A stretch of 64,000 nt of DNA from Candidatus Omnitrophota bacterium (GCA_023819255.1 JAMWBU010000001.1:16348-80347); one strand, 5' to 3'. Positions 51,861 through 61,327 are shown, counted from the stretch's first letter. Made by a program: numbers and translations. Notes: generated by a model not told the origin, from the letters alone.

Positions 51861-52739
51861 TTACCTTAATTGCAATTTTTCTATAAAGCCGAATAGAGCT
51901 TTTTTCATTTCTTTTATTGGAGCTTTCTTTTTTGTCCATAGTGTAAAAGATACAGCGCCCTGAAAAACAAGCATGGATAAACCATTCAGACACCTGATGT
52001 TTTTTTGTTTCGCTGATAAAATCAAAGCGGTTTCTCTGTTGTAAACTATGTCATACACAAATACTTTCTCGTTGAGATTATTGCCTTTCACCAGAATGGT
52101 ATCATCATTTTTCATACCAGCTGAAGTAGTATTAACGATAAGGTCAACATTTTTCCATATTTTGCTGTCGTTTCTTTTTTCAAAAGGAATGATTTCTGCG
52201 TTTTCAAATCTGAAATTTTTCTTAAGATGTTCCTTCAACATTTGCGCTTTTTCAATTGTGCGATTACATATCAAAATTCCAGAAATACCGGATTTGACAA
52301 GAGCCCCTGCTATTGCATATGCTGAACCGCCTGCACCAAACAGAAAAACAAGCTTTTTCTCTGGAGAAAAATTTCCATCTTCTTTCAAGGAATGTAGAAA
52401 ACCAGTTCCATCTGTCGTATATCCCTTCAAAAATCCATTTTCGTTCACTATGGTATTTGCGACACCGAGAATCCGCACTTCCTCATCTGCGGCATCGAGA
52501 TACCTGACAACTTCTTTCTTATGCGGAATTGTTATATTGATTCCCTTTATTCCAAAGATTCTGATAGATTCAACAGCGTTTTTTAGCTGTTCGGGTCTTA
52601 CCTCAAAAGGCACATAAACCCAGTTAAGGTTGCAAAAATGAAAGGCAGCATTTTGAAAAACTGGAGAAAGAGAATGCTTTACTGGCCAACCGAAAACACC
52701 TGTGAGAATTGTTTCGCCTGTTATAAGCATCTTTTTCAT
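51861..52739 (-). CDS. aroE: Shikimate 5-dehydrogenase
   Basis: VFGWPVKHSLSPVFQNAAF substrate-binding N-terminus and a Rossmann domain GAGGSAYA. Confidence 0.85.
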   Translation of the reverse strand: MKKMLITGETILTGVFGWPVKHSLSPVFQNAAFHFCNLNWVYVPFEVRPEQLKNAVESIRIFGIKGINITIPHKKEVVRYLDAADEEVRILGVANTIVNENGFLKGYTTDGTGFLHSLKEDGNFSPEKKLVFLFGAGGSAYAIAGALVKSGISGILICNRTIEKAQMLKEHLKKNFRFENAEIIPFEKRNDSKIWKNVDLIVNTTSAGMKNDDTILVKGNNLNEKVFVYDIVYNRETALILSAKQKNIRCLNGLSMLVFQGAVSFTLWTKKKAPIKEMKKALFGFIEKLQLR

Positions 52740-52934
52740 ACTGATATTTTAAATTTTTATTCTGTTTTCATCAACTTTTGATTCACGTGCCATACTGAGG
52801 TTTGTGTTTTATACCAAGCCGCTTTGTATAGTATGGCATCTTTATCTTCTTTGTTTTTCTCCCCTCTAAAAAAAAGAATCAATTTTTTGTTTTATTTCCT
52901 TTTATGATACTGGCACTCGAAACTCTAACTTTGA

Positions 52935-54008
52935 ATGCAAATTCGTATTAATCTGCAATTCAATCTATGTTATTATATCAATATGATTATGATACCTAAA
53001 TTTGGGCTTAAAAGATTTTCAATAAACAAGACGAAAAATATAATAAATATTTTGATTATAGGTTTAAGTTCTATTGGAGATAATCTGTTAATTTCGCCAT
53101 CCATAAGGTTGATCAAGGATTGTTGTGAGAATTCCTCCATTGATTTTGTTGTGGGTCCAAGAGCTGCTGCTTTCGCAGAAAAAAATCCGTTATTCTCAAA
53201 CACTTACATCTGGGATAAAAAAACAGGGGTAAAAACTCTTATAAAAATTATAGAAAACAGGAAATACGATCTTATAGTTGATTTCAGAAACTCCTTGACT
53301 CCATTTTTCTTAAATGCAGAATGCAGATTAACTTTTTTTGTTAAAGAATTGTTTTCAAGGAAGAGTTCAATCCATGAAGCAGAGAGAACAGTTAGATTTC
53401 TTGAGCCATATTTTGGAAAGATGGAAAGCGTGGAATTATATTTTCCTCTTTATGAGGCGGAAATTGATGAATACAAAAAGGTTTTTGAAAGAACCGGAAT
53501 TTCTCTGGATTTAGATAATTTTATTGTTTTGAATCCAGGGGCAGCTTTTGAAAAGAAAAGATGGGATAAAGACAGGTTTGCTGAGGTTGCGAGAGCCATC
53601 ATATCAAAATATGGCGTGAAAGTTATAATTGTCGGAAGCAGTAATGAGATTGATTTAGCCGGGGAAATTGCCGCGAAAATACACGATGAAAGAGTTTTTA
53701 GCCTTGCTGGTCAAATCAGCTTCAGGCAGCTTGCCTGCCTTCTATCAAAATCTAAATTATTGATCACGAACGACACAGGAACAATGCATCTTGCCTCAGC
53801 AATGAAGTGTCCTGTGATCGCGATTTTCGGTCCTGGAAATCCATTAAGATATGGACCCATCGGCACAAAAAGCATCGTTCTTCATACAGAAAGAAAATGC
53901 TTTCCCTGCAGATTGGAAGCGAGATGCAACAAGAATTTTATTTGTATGAATGATGTAAAAGTGCAGGATGTTATCTCTGCAGTTGATAATCTCTTGAAAA
54001 CGCGCTAA
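52935..54008 (+). CDS. GT9-family glycosyltransferase (ADP-heptose:LPS heptosyltransferase-like)
   Basis: …VLNPGAAFEKKRWDKDRF…LITNDTGTMHLASAMKCPVIAIFGPGNP… GT9 signature. The start may be the internal M at about 52983. Confidence 0.75.
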   Translation: MQIRINLQFNLCYYINMIMIPKFGLKRFSINKTKNIINILIIGLSSIGDNLLISPSIRLIKDCCENSSIDFVVGPRAAAFAEKNPLFSNTYIWDKKTGVKTLIKIIENRKYDLIVDFRNSLTPFFLNAECRLTFFVKELFSRKSSIHEAERTVRFLEPYFGKMESVELYFPLYEAEIDEYKKVFERTGISLDLDNFIVLNPGAAFEKKRWDKDRFAEVARAIISKYGVKVIIVGSSNEIDLAGEIAAKIHDERVFSLAGQISFRQLACLLSKSKLLITNDTGTMHLASAMKCPVIAIFGPGNPLRYGPIGTKSIVLHTERKCFPCRLEARCNKNFICMNDVKVQDVISAVDNLLKTR

Positions 54009-54012
54009 AAAT

Positions 54013-54855
54013 TTATTCTGATTCAAGCCCCCAATTTTTCATATTTTCAAAGCTAATCTTTATTGCATCCCAGAGAGGATAAAGAGGAGAAAAGTCCATT
54101 TCCATTATTGCATATTTTGCGCTGGATTTTTTTGCTGCTGGAAGAATTTTTTGCCAGTTAAGATTACCAGTTCCGACAGGTACCATCGCCTGTTTATTAT
54201 CGGGGGACATTCCCATATCCTTGAAATGTATTGAGTTTAACCTTTTTGCATAATTTGTAATCCACTGAGCAGGGTCCCCCCCTCCATATTGAACCCAGTA
54301 TGTATCTATCTGCGCGGTAAGGGTACTTTCTGAGCTGCCCTCCATTATAATTTCAAGCCATGTTTTACCATCGCATTTTGCAAATTCAATTCCATGATTG
54401 TGATATCCGAGAGTAATTCCGTGTGCCTTCAGTGTGGAGGCAGCCCTTTCTATTTTTTCAGCTATTTTCTTTATGGCATCGATATCATGCGATTGAGAAC
54501 CAGGCCAGCTGATATTGCAGCAAAGGGCATTGAGTTTTGTCTGTTCGCTGGCAATGGCTTCTGGTTCTTTCAGTATTCTGTCAAGTCCGGTATGGCTTGA
54601 ACATATTTTCAATCCATTGTCATCCATAATTTTTTTAAACTGTTGTGGGTCGAGATTTGCCAGTCCTGCTGTTTCAACATATCTGTATCCGATATCTGAC
54701 AGTTTCTTTACAGCTTTCGAAAACTCTTCTATAGAACCATAAAATTCCCTGATAGTGTATAATTGAATTGCAATTTTCACTTTCCCCTCCCTGTGGTTTG
54801 ATTTTAACTGGCAGATATTTAATTCGAGTTTTATTTCTCTGTCAAATTTTTCCAC
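54013..54855 (-). CDS. Sugar phosphate isomerase/epimerase (xylose isomerase-like TIM barrel)
   Basis: IAIQLYTIREF… N-terminus and conserved His/Glu/Asp metal ligands (HNHG, IHFKD). Overlaps the ABC ATPase stop. Confidence 0.7.
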   Translation of the reverse strand: MEKFDREIKLELNICQLKSNHREGKVKIAIQLYTIREFYGSIEEFSKAVKKLSDIGYRYVETAGLANLDPQQFKKIMDDNGLKICSSHTGLDRILKEPEAIASEQTKLNALCCNISWPGSQSHDIDAIKKIAEKIERAASTLKAHGITLGYHNHGIEFAKCDGKTWLEIIMEGSSESTLTAQIDTYWVQYGGGDPAQWITNYAKRLNSIHFKDMGMSPDNKQAMVPVGTGNLNWQKILPAAKKSSAKYAIMEMDFSPLYPLWDAIKISFENMKNWGLESE

Positions 54856-55634
54856 GATTCAGGGATACCAAAAACATATGGTTTCCCTGATACTGGATGC
54901 GGATAAACAAGAACATTCGTGTGATAAACATCTTCTATGATTTCGAATTTTATTACATCCTGAACTTCTCCAAATTTTATTACAGAACCGTTTTTCAGTA
55001 AAAGAATATTTTCACAATACTGGGAAGCAAGGTTGAGGTCGTGAAGGGCAGCAAGGATCGATAAATCTGATGTTTTTTGAAGAGTTTTTAAGAGGTCAAG
55101 AAAGGCAAATTGAAATCCAATGTCAAGATGTGATGTCGGTTCATCGAGAACAATTAATTCTGGTTCCTGAACAAGGCATTGAGCAAGCAGAACTCTTTGT
55201 TTTTCGCCTTCTGACATCTGAAAAATTGTTCTATCAAAGAACGGAGTTAGCTCCATTTGCTTTGAAATTGACACAATGATTTCAATGTCTCTTTTTGAGG
55301 GATTGCGAAAATCTGATGAGAATGGATATCTTGCCATCAAAAGTAATTCCTTTACAGTATATGGATATGCAATTTCAATATCTGATGGTAAAAAAGAGAC
55401 ACTTTTAGCAAAATCGCGGGCTGAAATTTTTCCTGTGTCAGTGTTTTTAAATAACACCTGTCCCTTTGAGTGTCGAAGAATTTTCACCGCGGTTTTTAGC
55501 AGAGTTGATTTTCCACTGCCATTTGGTCCAATAACTCCCACAAAATTTCCTTTTTTCATTTGAAAACTGATGTTGTGAAGAATTTCTTCTTTGCCATAAG
55601 CAGCACTGACATTTTTGAATTCAAGTATTACCAT
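54831..55634 (-). CDS. btuD: ABC transporter ATP-binding protein, corrinoid/iron-siderophore type (BtuD/FepC-like)
   Basis: GPNGSGKSTLLK (Walker A), LSEGEKQRV (signature) and VLDEPTSHLD (Walker B). Confidence 0.8.
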   Translation of the reverse strand: MVILEFKNVSAAYGKEEILHNISFQMKKGNFVGVIGPNGSGKSTLLKTAVKILRHSKGQVLFKNTDTGKISARDFAKSVSFLPSDIEIAYPYTVKELLLMARYPFSSDFRNPSKRDIEIIVSISKQMELTPFFDRTIFQMSEGEKQRVLLAQCLVQEPELIVLDEPTSHLDIGFQFAFLDLLKTLQKTSDLSILAALHDLNLASQYCENILLLKNGSVIKFGEVQDVIKFEIIEDVYHTNVLVYPHPVSGKPYVFGIPESWKNLTEK

Positions 55635-56608
55635 TTTTGTTTTCTCGCTGTTTTGAGAAGTAAGAAAACAAATATTATACCGCCAAAAAAGCCGCTTATA
55701 ACACCTACTGGAATTTCAATCGGTTGTACGATTGTTCGTGCAAGGGTATCAGCAAGTATCAAAAAAGAGCCTCCAACCAGTATTGTGGATGGTATCGTTT
55801 TTTTGTGGTCTGCTCCGACCAGGATTCTTACAGCATGCGGAATTACAAGACCCACAAAGCCAACAAGTCCGGCAAGAGAAACGCAGTATCCGGTAATCAA
55901 TCCTGTGATGACAAACCAGATGTATTTTTTCTTTTCCGGGTCAAGCCCGAGTGCGACAGATTTTTCTTCGCCCATTGAAAAAATATTAAGTTGTTTCCAG
56001 AACAGCCATGTGACCGCGTACGCGGGCAAGAGAAATAGAGGAGCAATTTTGAGAACATCTGATTGATAACTGCTCAGATTTCCCATAAACCAGATTACTG
56101 CTTCCATAAACCGTTCTTTTTGTAGCAATGTTATTACAAGCAGAGAAAAGGAAGAGAATATGAAATTTAGCATTATTCCAATTAGAATCAGTGTCCCCGC
56201 AGATAGTTTTCTTATTGATGCAGCCAGCAGCAGAACAAGTATTGATAAAATGCTGCCGGCAAACGCAAAAACAGGTATGGATGCCATCTGTCCCAGAATA
56301 ATTCCAGCAGCGATTCCAATGCTGGCTCCTCCGGAAATACCCAGTATGTAACTTTCAGCAAGTGGATTTTTCAGGATTGCCTGTAATATCAGTCCTGACA
56401 GTGAAAGACCGGATCCAACCAGAAAGGCGCACCACACTCTTGGTATCCTGATTTGAAAAAGAATTGTGCTTTCAAATTGATAATCATAAGGTTTTGAAAA
56501 TATTCTTATCAATTTCAGTGGAGAATAAGTTTCAATACCCGAGCAGACTCCTGTGAGAATGGCGACACCTGTTAATGTAATGATTAATAAAGATGCTTTC
56601 TTTTTCAA
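55628..56608 (-). CDS. btuC: ABC transporter permease, FecCD/BtuC family
   Basis: Polytopic, about 9 TM. FecCD signature region …LAESYILGISGGASIG…. Confidence 0.8.
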   Translation of the reverse strand: MKKKASLLIITLTGVAILTGVCSGIETYSPLKLIRIFSKPYDYQFESTILFQIRIPRVWCAFLVGSGLSLSGLILQAILKNPLAESYILGISGGASIGIAAGIILGQMASIPVFAFAGSILSILVLLLAASIRKLSAGTLILIGIMLNFIFSSFSLLVITLLQKERFMEAVIWFMGNLSSYQSDVLKIAPLFLLPAYAVTWLFWKQLNIFSMGEEKSVALGLDPEKKKYIWFVITGLITGYCVSLAGLVGFVGLVIPHAVRILVGADHKKTIPSTILVGGSFLILADTLARTIVQPIEIPVGVISGFFGGIIFVFLLLKTARKQKW

Positions 56609-57438
56609 TTTTTCAGAAATTCTGAAATGGTTTTGATGGACCTTAGAAAACTCAAGGGAGTTGGGCTACAGAAGTCATAGTCGTCCACCCGAAAAATTTG
56701 ATTTTTTTTGACCGCTTTAACATTTTTAAATGAATTCCAGAAATTCATTGCGTATTCGTCTTCTCCCATTCCCATTACAATGATGACATCAGGGTTCCTT
56801 TTGATCACTTCTTCAACATTCACTGTGATATATTTTGTTTTTATGTTATTAAAAATATTTGTGCCTCCGGCATAAAGCGAGATTTCATTAAAATAGGTAT
56901 TTGAACCAGCAGTAAAAAGAGGTCGAGTGCCTATCTGCCAGAAAATTGTTTTCTTTCTGGCAAATCTTTTTTGCCTGTATTTTATAAGTTCGAAATCCAC
57001 ATCATCAATGATTTTTTTTGCAATATCCTTTTTTCCGAATATTTCAGCAAGTGTGAGAAAATTATTCTTGAGATTTTCATAATTTACCACTTCATCAAGG
57101 ACCTTAACCTTTATTCCTAAATTTATAAGGTTTTCCACAGTTTGTTTGCGATTACCTTCTTTGCTTGCGATTACTATGTCAGGTTTAATTTTTATTATTG
57201 CCTCGATATTTGGATCCAGCAAAGTTCCTATAATTTCTCTTCCTTTTTTTACCTCTGGCTTTTCGTGAATTGTAACACCGATGATTTCTTTTTCTATTCC
57301 AAGTAGCAGTAAATTTTCGGTAATATAAGGTCCAAGAGAAACTACCCTTGAAAATTGCCGTGATGTTGTTTCAGAATGACAATTGCAGGTTAAAATTGTC
57401 AGAATAAAAAAAAACATTACTAAAATTTTTCTCATCAT
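56605..57438 (-). CDS. btuF: Periplasmic substrate-binding protein, class III (BtuF/FepB-like)
   Basis: Signal peptide, then RVVSLGPYITENLLLLGI…IIGV typical of the BtuF/FhuD fold. Confidence 0.7.
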   Translation of the reverse strand: MMRKILVMFFFILTILTCNCHSETTSRQFSRVVSLGPYITENLLLLGIEKEIIGVTIHEKPEVKKGREIIGTLLDPNIEAIIKIKPDIVIASKEGNRKQTVENLINLGIKVKVLDEVVNYENLKNNFLTLAEIFGKKDIAKKIIDDVDFELIKYRQKRFARKKTIFWQIGTRPLFTAGSNTYFNEISLYAGGTNIFNNIKTKYITVNVEEVIKRNPDVIIVMGMGEDEYAMNFWNSFKNVKAVKKNQIFRVDDYDFCSPTPLSFLRSIKTISEFLKN

Positions 57439-58334
57439 TTGATCTCATAAAGCGAAACAGTCTGCGCAATTTTTTTAATATGCAAAGAAGTTGTACCGCA
57501 ACAGCCGCCAATGATTGATGCGCCAGCTTCTATCAGTTTATAAACATATTGCGCCATATCTTCTGGAGTATCAGGATAAACAGTTTTACCTGAAATGAGC
57601 TGTGGAACTCCAGCATTTGGTTTTACCCATACCGGGAGATTTGATGCTTCTTTCATTTCTTTTGCGATTACAACAAAATCCTTTATTCCAGAACCGCAAT
57701 TTGAGCCGATAACATCTGCTCCATTATTTTTAAGCAGAGTGGCACATTCTGAAGGGCTCTGCCCCATCAGTGTTTTATAACCCCTTGCTCCTGGATTGAA
57801 AGTAATGCTGACAACAACTTCTTTTGAAATTTTTCTTGCTGCTATCAATGCGCAAACCGCCTCTCTGACATCGCTCATAGTTTCAATGACTATTCCATCG
57901 GCTCCTGCATTTATAAGTATCTGCACCTGTTGACTGTAACAATCGAAAACTTCTTTTTCGCTCAATGTTCCATACGGCTGTAAAAGTTCTCCTGTCGGAC
58001 CCACAGACGCAAAAACCAATTTATTTCCGGCTACCTTTTTTGAAATTTTAACACCTGAACTATTTATTCGTTCAATCCTATCCTCAGCGCCAAACTTTTT
58101 CAATTTGAAAAAGTTTCCGCCAAATGTGTTTGTGAGAATTATATCTGCTCCGGCTTCTATGTATGATCGCGCTATCTTTTCTATTATCTCTGGATGTGTG
58201 ATGTTCAATAATTCAGGATAGATTCCCTTCGCACATTTTTCTTTTGAAATTTCAGTGCCCCATGCTCCGTCTGACACAAGAATTTTTTTTTTGTTCAATA
58301 ACTCCAGTAGATTGCTCATATTTTTATTATACAA
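57435..58334 (-). CDS. Homocysteine S-methyltransferase domain protein (MmuM / MetH N-terminal-domain-like, Zn-dependent)
   Basis: …LVSDGAWGTEI…ADIILTNTFG… and the zinc-binding GGCCGT motif. 299 aa. Confidence 0.75.
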   Translation of the reverse strand: MYNKNMSNLLELLNKKKILVSDGAWGTEISKEKCAKGIYPELLNITHPEIIEKIARSYIEAGADIILTNTFGGNFFKLKKFGAEDRIERINSSGVKISKKVAGNKLVFASVGPTGELLQPYGTLSEKEVFDCYSQQVQILINAGADGIVIETMSDVREAVCALIAARKISKEVVVSITFNPGARGYKTLMGQSPSECATLLKNNGADVIGSNCGSGIKDFVVIAKEMKEASNLPVWVKPNAGVPQLISGKTVYPDTPEDMAQYVYKLIEAGASIIGGCCGTTSLHIKKIAQTVSLYEIK

Positions 58335-58343
58335 CAGTTCCGG

Positions 58344-59054
58344 TTATTCAAGATCATACAGTGACGCGTCTGAAGAAAGATCCCCAAGATTTTTATCGTT
58401 TGCGCTTGTGTTATACTTCGTTCCAATAGATTCAACATGACCGTCGCAAAATAGAACATTTGCTCTTTCATTATGCCTGAAATGCGTATTTGGGCCAAAA
58501 TAATAGATGTCTCCCGGTGCTCTTAAATAATTATTCGCAATTGTTTCTGAAGTCCAGCTTGACCAGATTGCGCTATCTGCCACAAGAACGGTCTGTGATG
58601 GATTTTGAATTCTACTTAATTTTGCAGGCAGGTCTGCCTGTCCTACCCAATCAGAATATCCTCCCCCAATATACGATGCATTGTAGGCATATCCAGTATA
58701 CGGCCTATCGTATGATTTAAGAGTGAATCTCGAGGGGCACTGGAAAACCTTTTCATTAAGGTATTTTCCAATTATACCCGGTTTCCAGTTTGTCCAGTCA
58801 TCAGTTGCAAAGTCCCAGCCGATTTCACCTGTAAATGAAGCATAGTATGTGGGTGGGAAAAATTCGTCATTATCCTGAACATACATTGCAAAGGCAAGAT
58901 ATATTTGTTTTAAATTGCTCAAGCAAACTGCAGATCTTGCTTTTTCTCTTGCCTTTGCCAGCACTGGTAATAGTAGCGCTGCCAGTATAGCGATTATAGC
59001 CACCACCACCAGAAGTTCTATCAGAGTGAAACCTGACTGCCTTTTCCTGTCCAT
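58344..59054 (-). CDS. Prepilin-type N-terminal cleavage/methylation domain protein with a C-terminal DUF1559 (H-X9-DG) domain
   Basis: [32 protein letters not shown] (G|FTLIE prepilin motif). [13 protein letters not shown] fits H-X9-DG. Confidence 0.8.
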   Translation of the reverse strand: MDRKRQSGFTLIELLVVVAIIAILAALLLPVLAKAREKARSAVCLSNLKQIYLAFAMYVQDNDEFFPPTYYASFTGEIGWDFATDDWTNWKPGIIGKYLNEKVFQCPSRFTLKSYDRPYTGYAYNASYIGGGYSDWVGQADLPAKLSRIQNPSQTVLVADSAIWSSWTSETIANNYLRAPGDIYYFGPNTHFRHNERANVLFCDGHVESIGTKYNTSANDKNLGDLSSDASLYDLE

Positions 59055-59076
59055 ACTGACTCCTTGTTTTATGCGG

Positions 59077-59330
59077 GCAAAATAAAAACCCGCCTGACGG
59101 CGGGCTGCACCCTGATTCCTTTGCCCATCATCGCGTCCTGTGCTCCGCAGGGTCGCTTTAATCCGTCTCGCAGGCAGGTCTTCTGACTTCTCTTATTCTG
59201 ACCAGCCTTCCCATTCATATGAACAGTGGCACTTCAGGCCAGAATCACCCATCAGGATATGGGTCGAGTTACAGCGCCGGGAGCGTGTCTGATTTTCACA
59301 GACTTCCCTATTAAGCCAACTTTTGGCGCC
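59077..59330 (-). promoter_or_regulatory. Cobalamin (AdoCbl/B12) riboswitch with an intrinsic-terminator expression platform
   Basis: Minus-strand RNA reads …UUAAUAGGGAAGUCUGUGAAAAUCAGACACGCUCCCGGCGCUGUAA…GUGCCACUGUUCAUAUGAAUGGGAAGGCUGGUCAGAAUAAGAGAAGUCAGAAGACCUGCC…. These match the cobalamin riboswitch cores (AGGGAA, GUGAAAAUC, GCCACUG, and the B12 box AGUCAGAAGACCUGCC). It is followed by the hairpin CCCGCC-GUCA-GGCGGG plus UUUUUAUUUU at 59077..59104. The region is GC-rich in an AT-rich genome. Confidence 0.8.
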
Positions 59331-59415
59331 TGCGAAATTTGAAATTATTTTAGAATATTTTTTTTTATCTGTCAAGGGTCTGAATTGCGCCACAGTAAAT
59401 CTATCCAGAGAGGTG

Positions 59416-60237
59416 TCATATAAACATTATTCCTGCGTATCCAACCACCTGTTCAAAATCCCCTGAAACATTCCCGCTATTTGTATAATCAACAAGTATT
59501 CCCTGTCGGGCTTCAAGAATTTTTGATGCGGTAATTGCGGCAGTGATCGGTGCGAAACCGCATATACTAATATCATGTTCTGAAACAATGTTCAAAAACT
59601 CATCTGCGTCAAGTTTGAGTATTTTTTCGATTGCCATTCTGTCTTTTTTCTCTGCCTGTTCAGCCGGTTCATAGTGAGTGAAATCCGAACTTGCAACTAC
59701 AATCGCATTTCTTTTTATTTCGCTAAGTGCCAGGGCAATTGAATATCCTATTTCATACCATGGATTTGCATCATACATGCTTGAAATTAAAACAGGTACA
59801 ATTTTCACAGCAGGATTTAAAAATTGCAGAAAAGGAACCTGTACTTCAATGGAATGTTCGGATTTGTGTGACATAGAATCAATTTGAAGATATCTGCTTT
59901 TCTCAAGCAACTTTTTTCTTATTTCAGTGTCTATTTCAACATTACCAATCGGTGTTTCCCACTCATCGCTATCATCTATTGCATAAGGTTCGCCGTAGCC
60001 ATGATGGTTTGGCCCGAGTATAATTGCTGTTTCAAACTGAGCAATTTTTCCGTAGACCTTACCTGCTGTTTTTCCGCTGTAGACATAACCGGCATGCGGG
60101 CAGATGATTCCCTTTGGGATGATTTTATTTTCTTCGTATACAATGTATTTTTTCAAATCTTCAATGAGATTGGTTTTCATTCCGGGGTAAAAATACCCGC
60201 TTACAGATGGTTTTCTGATTTTTTTCATTTTGATCAA
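59416..60237 (-). CDS. MEMO1-family protein (AmmeMemoRadiSam system protein B-like)
   Basis: …GIICPHAGYVYSGKTAGKVY… and overall Memo-like dioxygenase-fold motifs. 273 aa. Confidence 0.7.
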   Translation of the reverse strand: MIKMKKIRKPSVSGYFYPGMKTNLIEDLKKYIVYEENKIIPKGIICPHAGYVYSGKTAGKVYGKIAQFETAIILGPNHHGYGEPYAIDDSDEWETPIGNVEIDTEIRKKLLEKSRYLQIDSMSHKSEHSIEVQVPFLQFLNPAVKIVPVLISSMYDANPWYEIGYSIALALSEIKRNAIVVASSDFTHYEPAEQAEKKDRMAIEKILKLDADEFLNIVSEHDISICGFAPITAAITASKILEARQGILVDYTNSGNVSGDFEQVVGYAGIMFI

Positions 60238-61043
60238 TAACTCAGTTTAACCGCAAGTGTTTTCAGAAAATCCCTTGCCTTTGTTATGTCTGCTTCCGGA
60301 TTTTTTCCAACTTCTCTTTCGATAGTAAAAAATCCGTTAAAACCGATATCTTTCATTGCTTTTAGATACTCGGGGAAATTTACATTTCCTTCACCAAGTG
60401 GCAGTTCTTTCCACCTTTTTTTCCCATTTTCGTCAGCAAGTTTAATTCCGTCTTTCGCATGTGTGTGGACTATATAGTCTTTCAACGTATATACACCTTT
60501 TACAGGGTCATCGCCAGCCACCATAACAAGATTTGCCGGGTCATAATTAACCATGATGCCGGGATTGTTCAATTCCACCAATAGTTTTTTTAGAATTTCT
60601 GCTGGCTCAGGCCCGGTTTCAGTAGCTAACACAATTCCTTTATTTGCGGCATAATTACCCACTTCTGGCAGGGATTGCAGCAAGAGTTTCCATTCAACAG
60701 CCTCTTGATTTTCCGGCACAATTCCAATGTGAGTCGTTACAATTTTTACTCCGAGCTCAAGCGCAAGGTCAATTACTTCAATGGTTCTACCAACACGCCA
60801 GTCAAGGGTTTTTGAATCTGTGAAGCCATGTCCTCCAAAATCTCCGACAATTGCCGATATTTCAAGCCCGAGGTCAGACACAAACTTTTTAAAATCACTT
60901 CTTGCGGTTTTGGACATATTTGCTGGATCCAGTTCTCCTTTCGTTGCATACGGCTGAATTCCATCAAGGGACAATTCCTTCGCTTTTTTTATTGCGTCTT
61001 TGACAGGAATTCTGAAACAATCAGGAATGACTCCGATTTTCAC
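60234..61043 (-). CDS. Sugar phosphate isomerase/epimerase (xylose isomerase-like TIM barrel), second copy
   Basis: Same fold signature with conserved E/H/D ligands (…ATETG…, …HTHAKDG…, …FTIERE…). Distinct in sequence from the 54013..54855 copy. Confidence 0.65.
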   Translation of the reverse strand: MKIGVIPDCFRIPVKDAIKKAKELSLDGIQPYATKGELDPANMSKTARSDFKKFVSDLGLEISAIVGDFGGHGFTDSKTLDWRVGRTIEVIDLALELGVKIVTTHIGIVPENQEAVEWKLLLQSLPEVGNYAANKGIVLATETGPEPAEILKKLLVELNNPGIMVNYDPANLVMVAGDDPVKGVYTLKDYIVHTHAKDGIKLADENGKKRWKELPLGEGNVNFPEYLKAMKDIGFNGFFTIEREVGKNPEADITKARDFLKTLAVKLSY

Positions 61044-61327
61044 TTTTCCTCCTTTTTTTGTTGTGATTGGATAGAATTTTCTTCAAGAAATATTTCAATG
61101 GCTGCATCCGGACATATTATTGAACATTTTTTGCAACCCTTGCAACTATTACTGGAAACTTCAATGAAATGGTAGCCAGAAGCGTTGAACGATTTTGAAA
61201 GAATCAAATTTTTTTGCGAACATACATCTATACAGAGTCCGCATCCCTTGCATCTATTTTTTGCGATTTTTACACTAAACCTTTTCCCCACGAGAATTTC
61301 TCCTTGAGCGTCCTCCAGAAATCCCAT
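61040..61327 (-). CDS. 2x[4Fe-4S] ferredoxin
   Basis: CKGCGLCIDVCS and CKGCKKCSIICP motifs. The annotated start overlaps the nadK 3' end by 58 nt, so the true start is probably downstream. Confidence 0.65.
   Translation of the reverse strand: MGFLEDAQGEILVGKRFSVKIAKNRCKGCGLCIDVCSQKNLILSKSFNASGYHFIEVSSNSCKGCKKCSIICPDAAIEIFLEENSIQSQQKKEEK

Noticed and set aside
59077-59330. Possible tmRNA (the minus strand contains GGGUGAUUCUGG, which resembles the tmRNA 5' end GGGGCUGAUUCUGG)
   Set aside because: There is no tRNA-like 3' end (GGUUCGAAUCC…CCA), no tag-peptide reading frame and the length is too short. The same bases are fully explained by cobalamin riboswitch motifs.
59193-59393. 66-aa ORF on the minus strand (MAQFRPLTDKKKYSKI…)
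   Set aside because: It lies entirely within the cobalamin riboswitch on the same strand, lacks an RBS, and has a low-complexity composition. It is interpreted as a spurious ORF over structured RNA.
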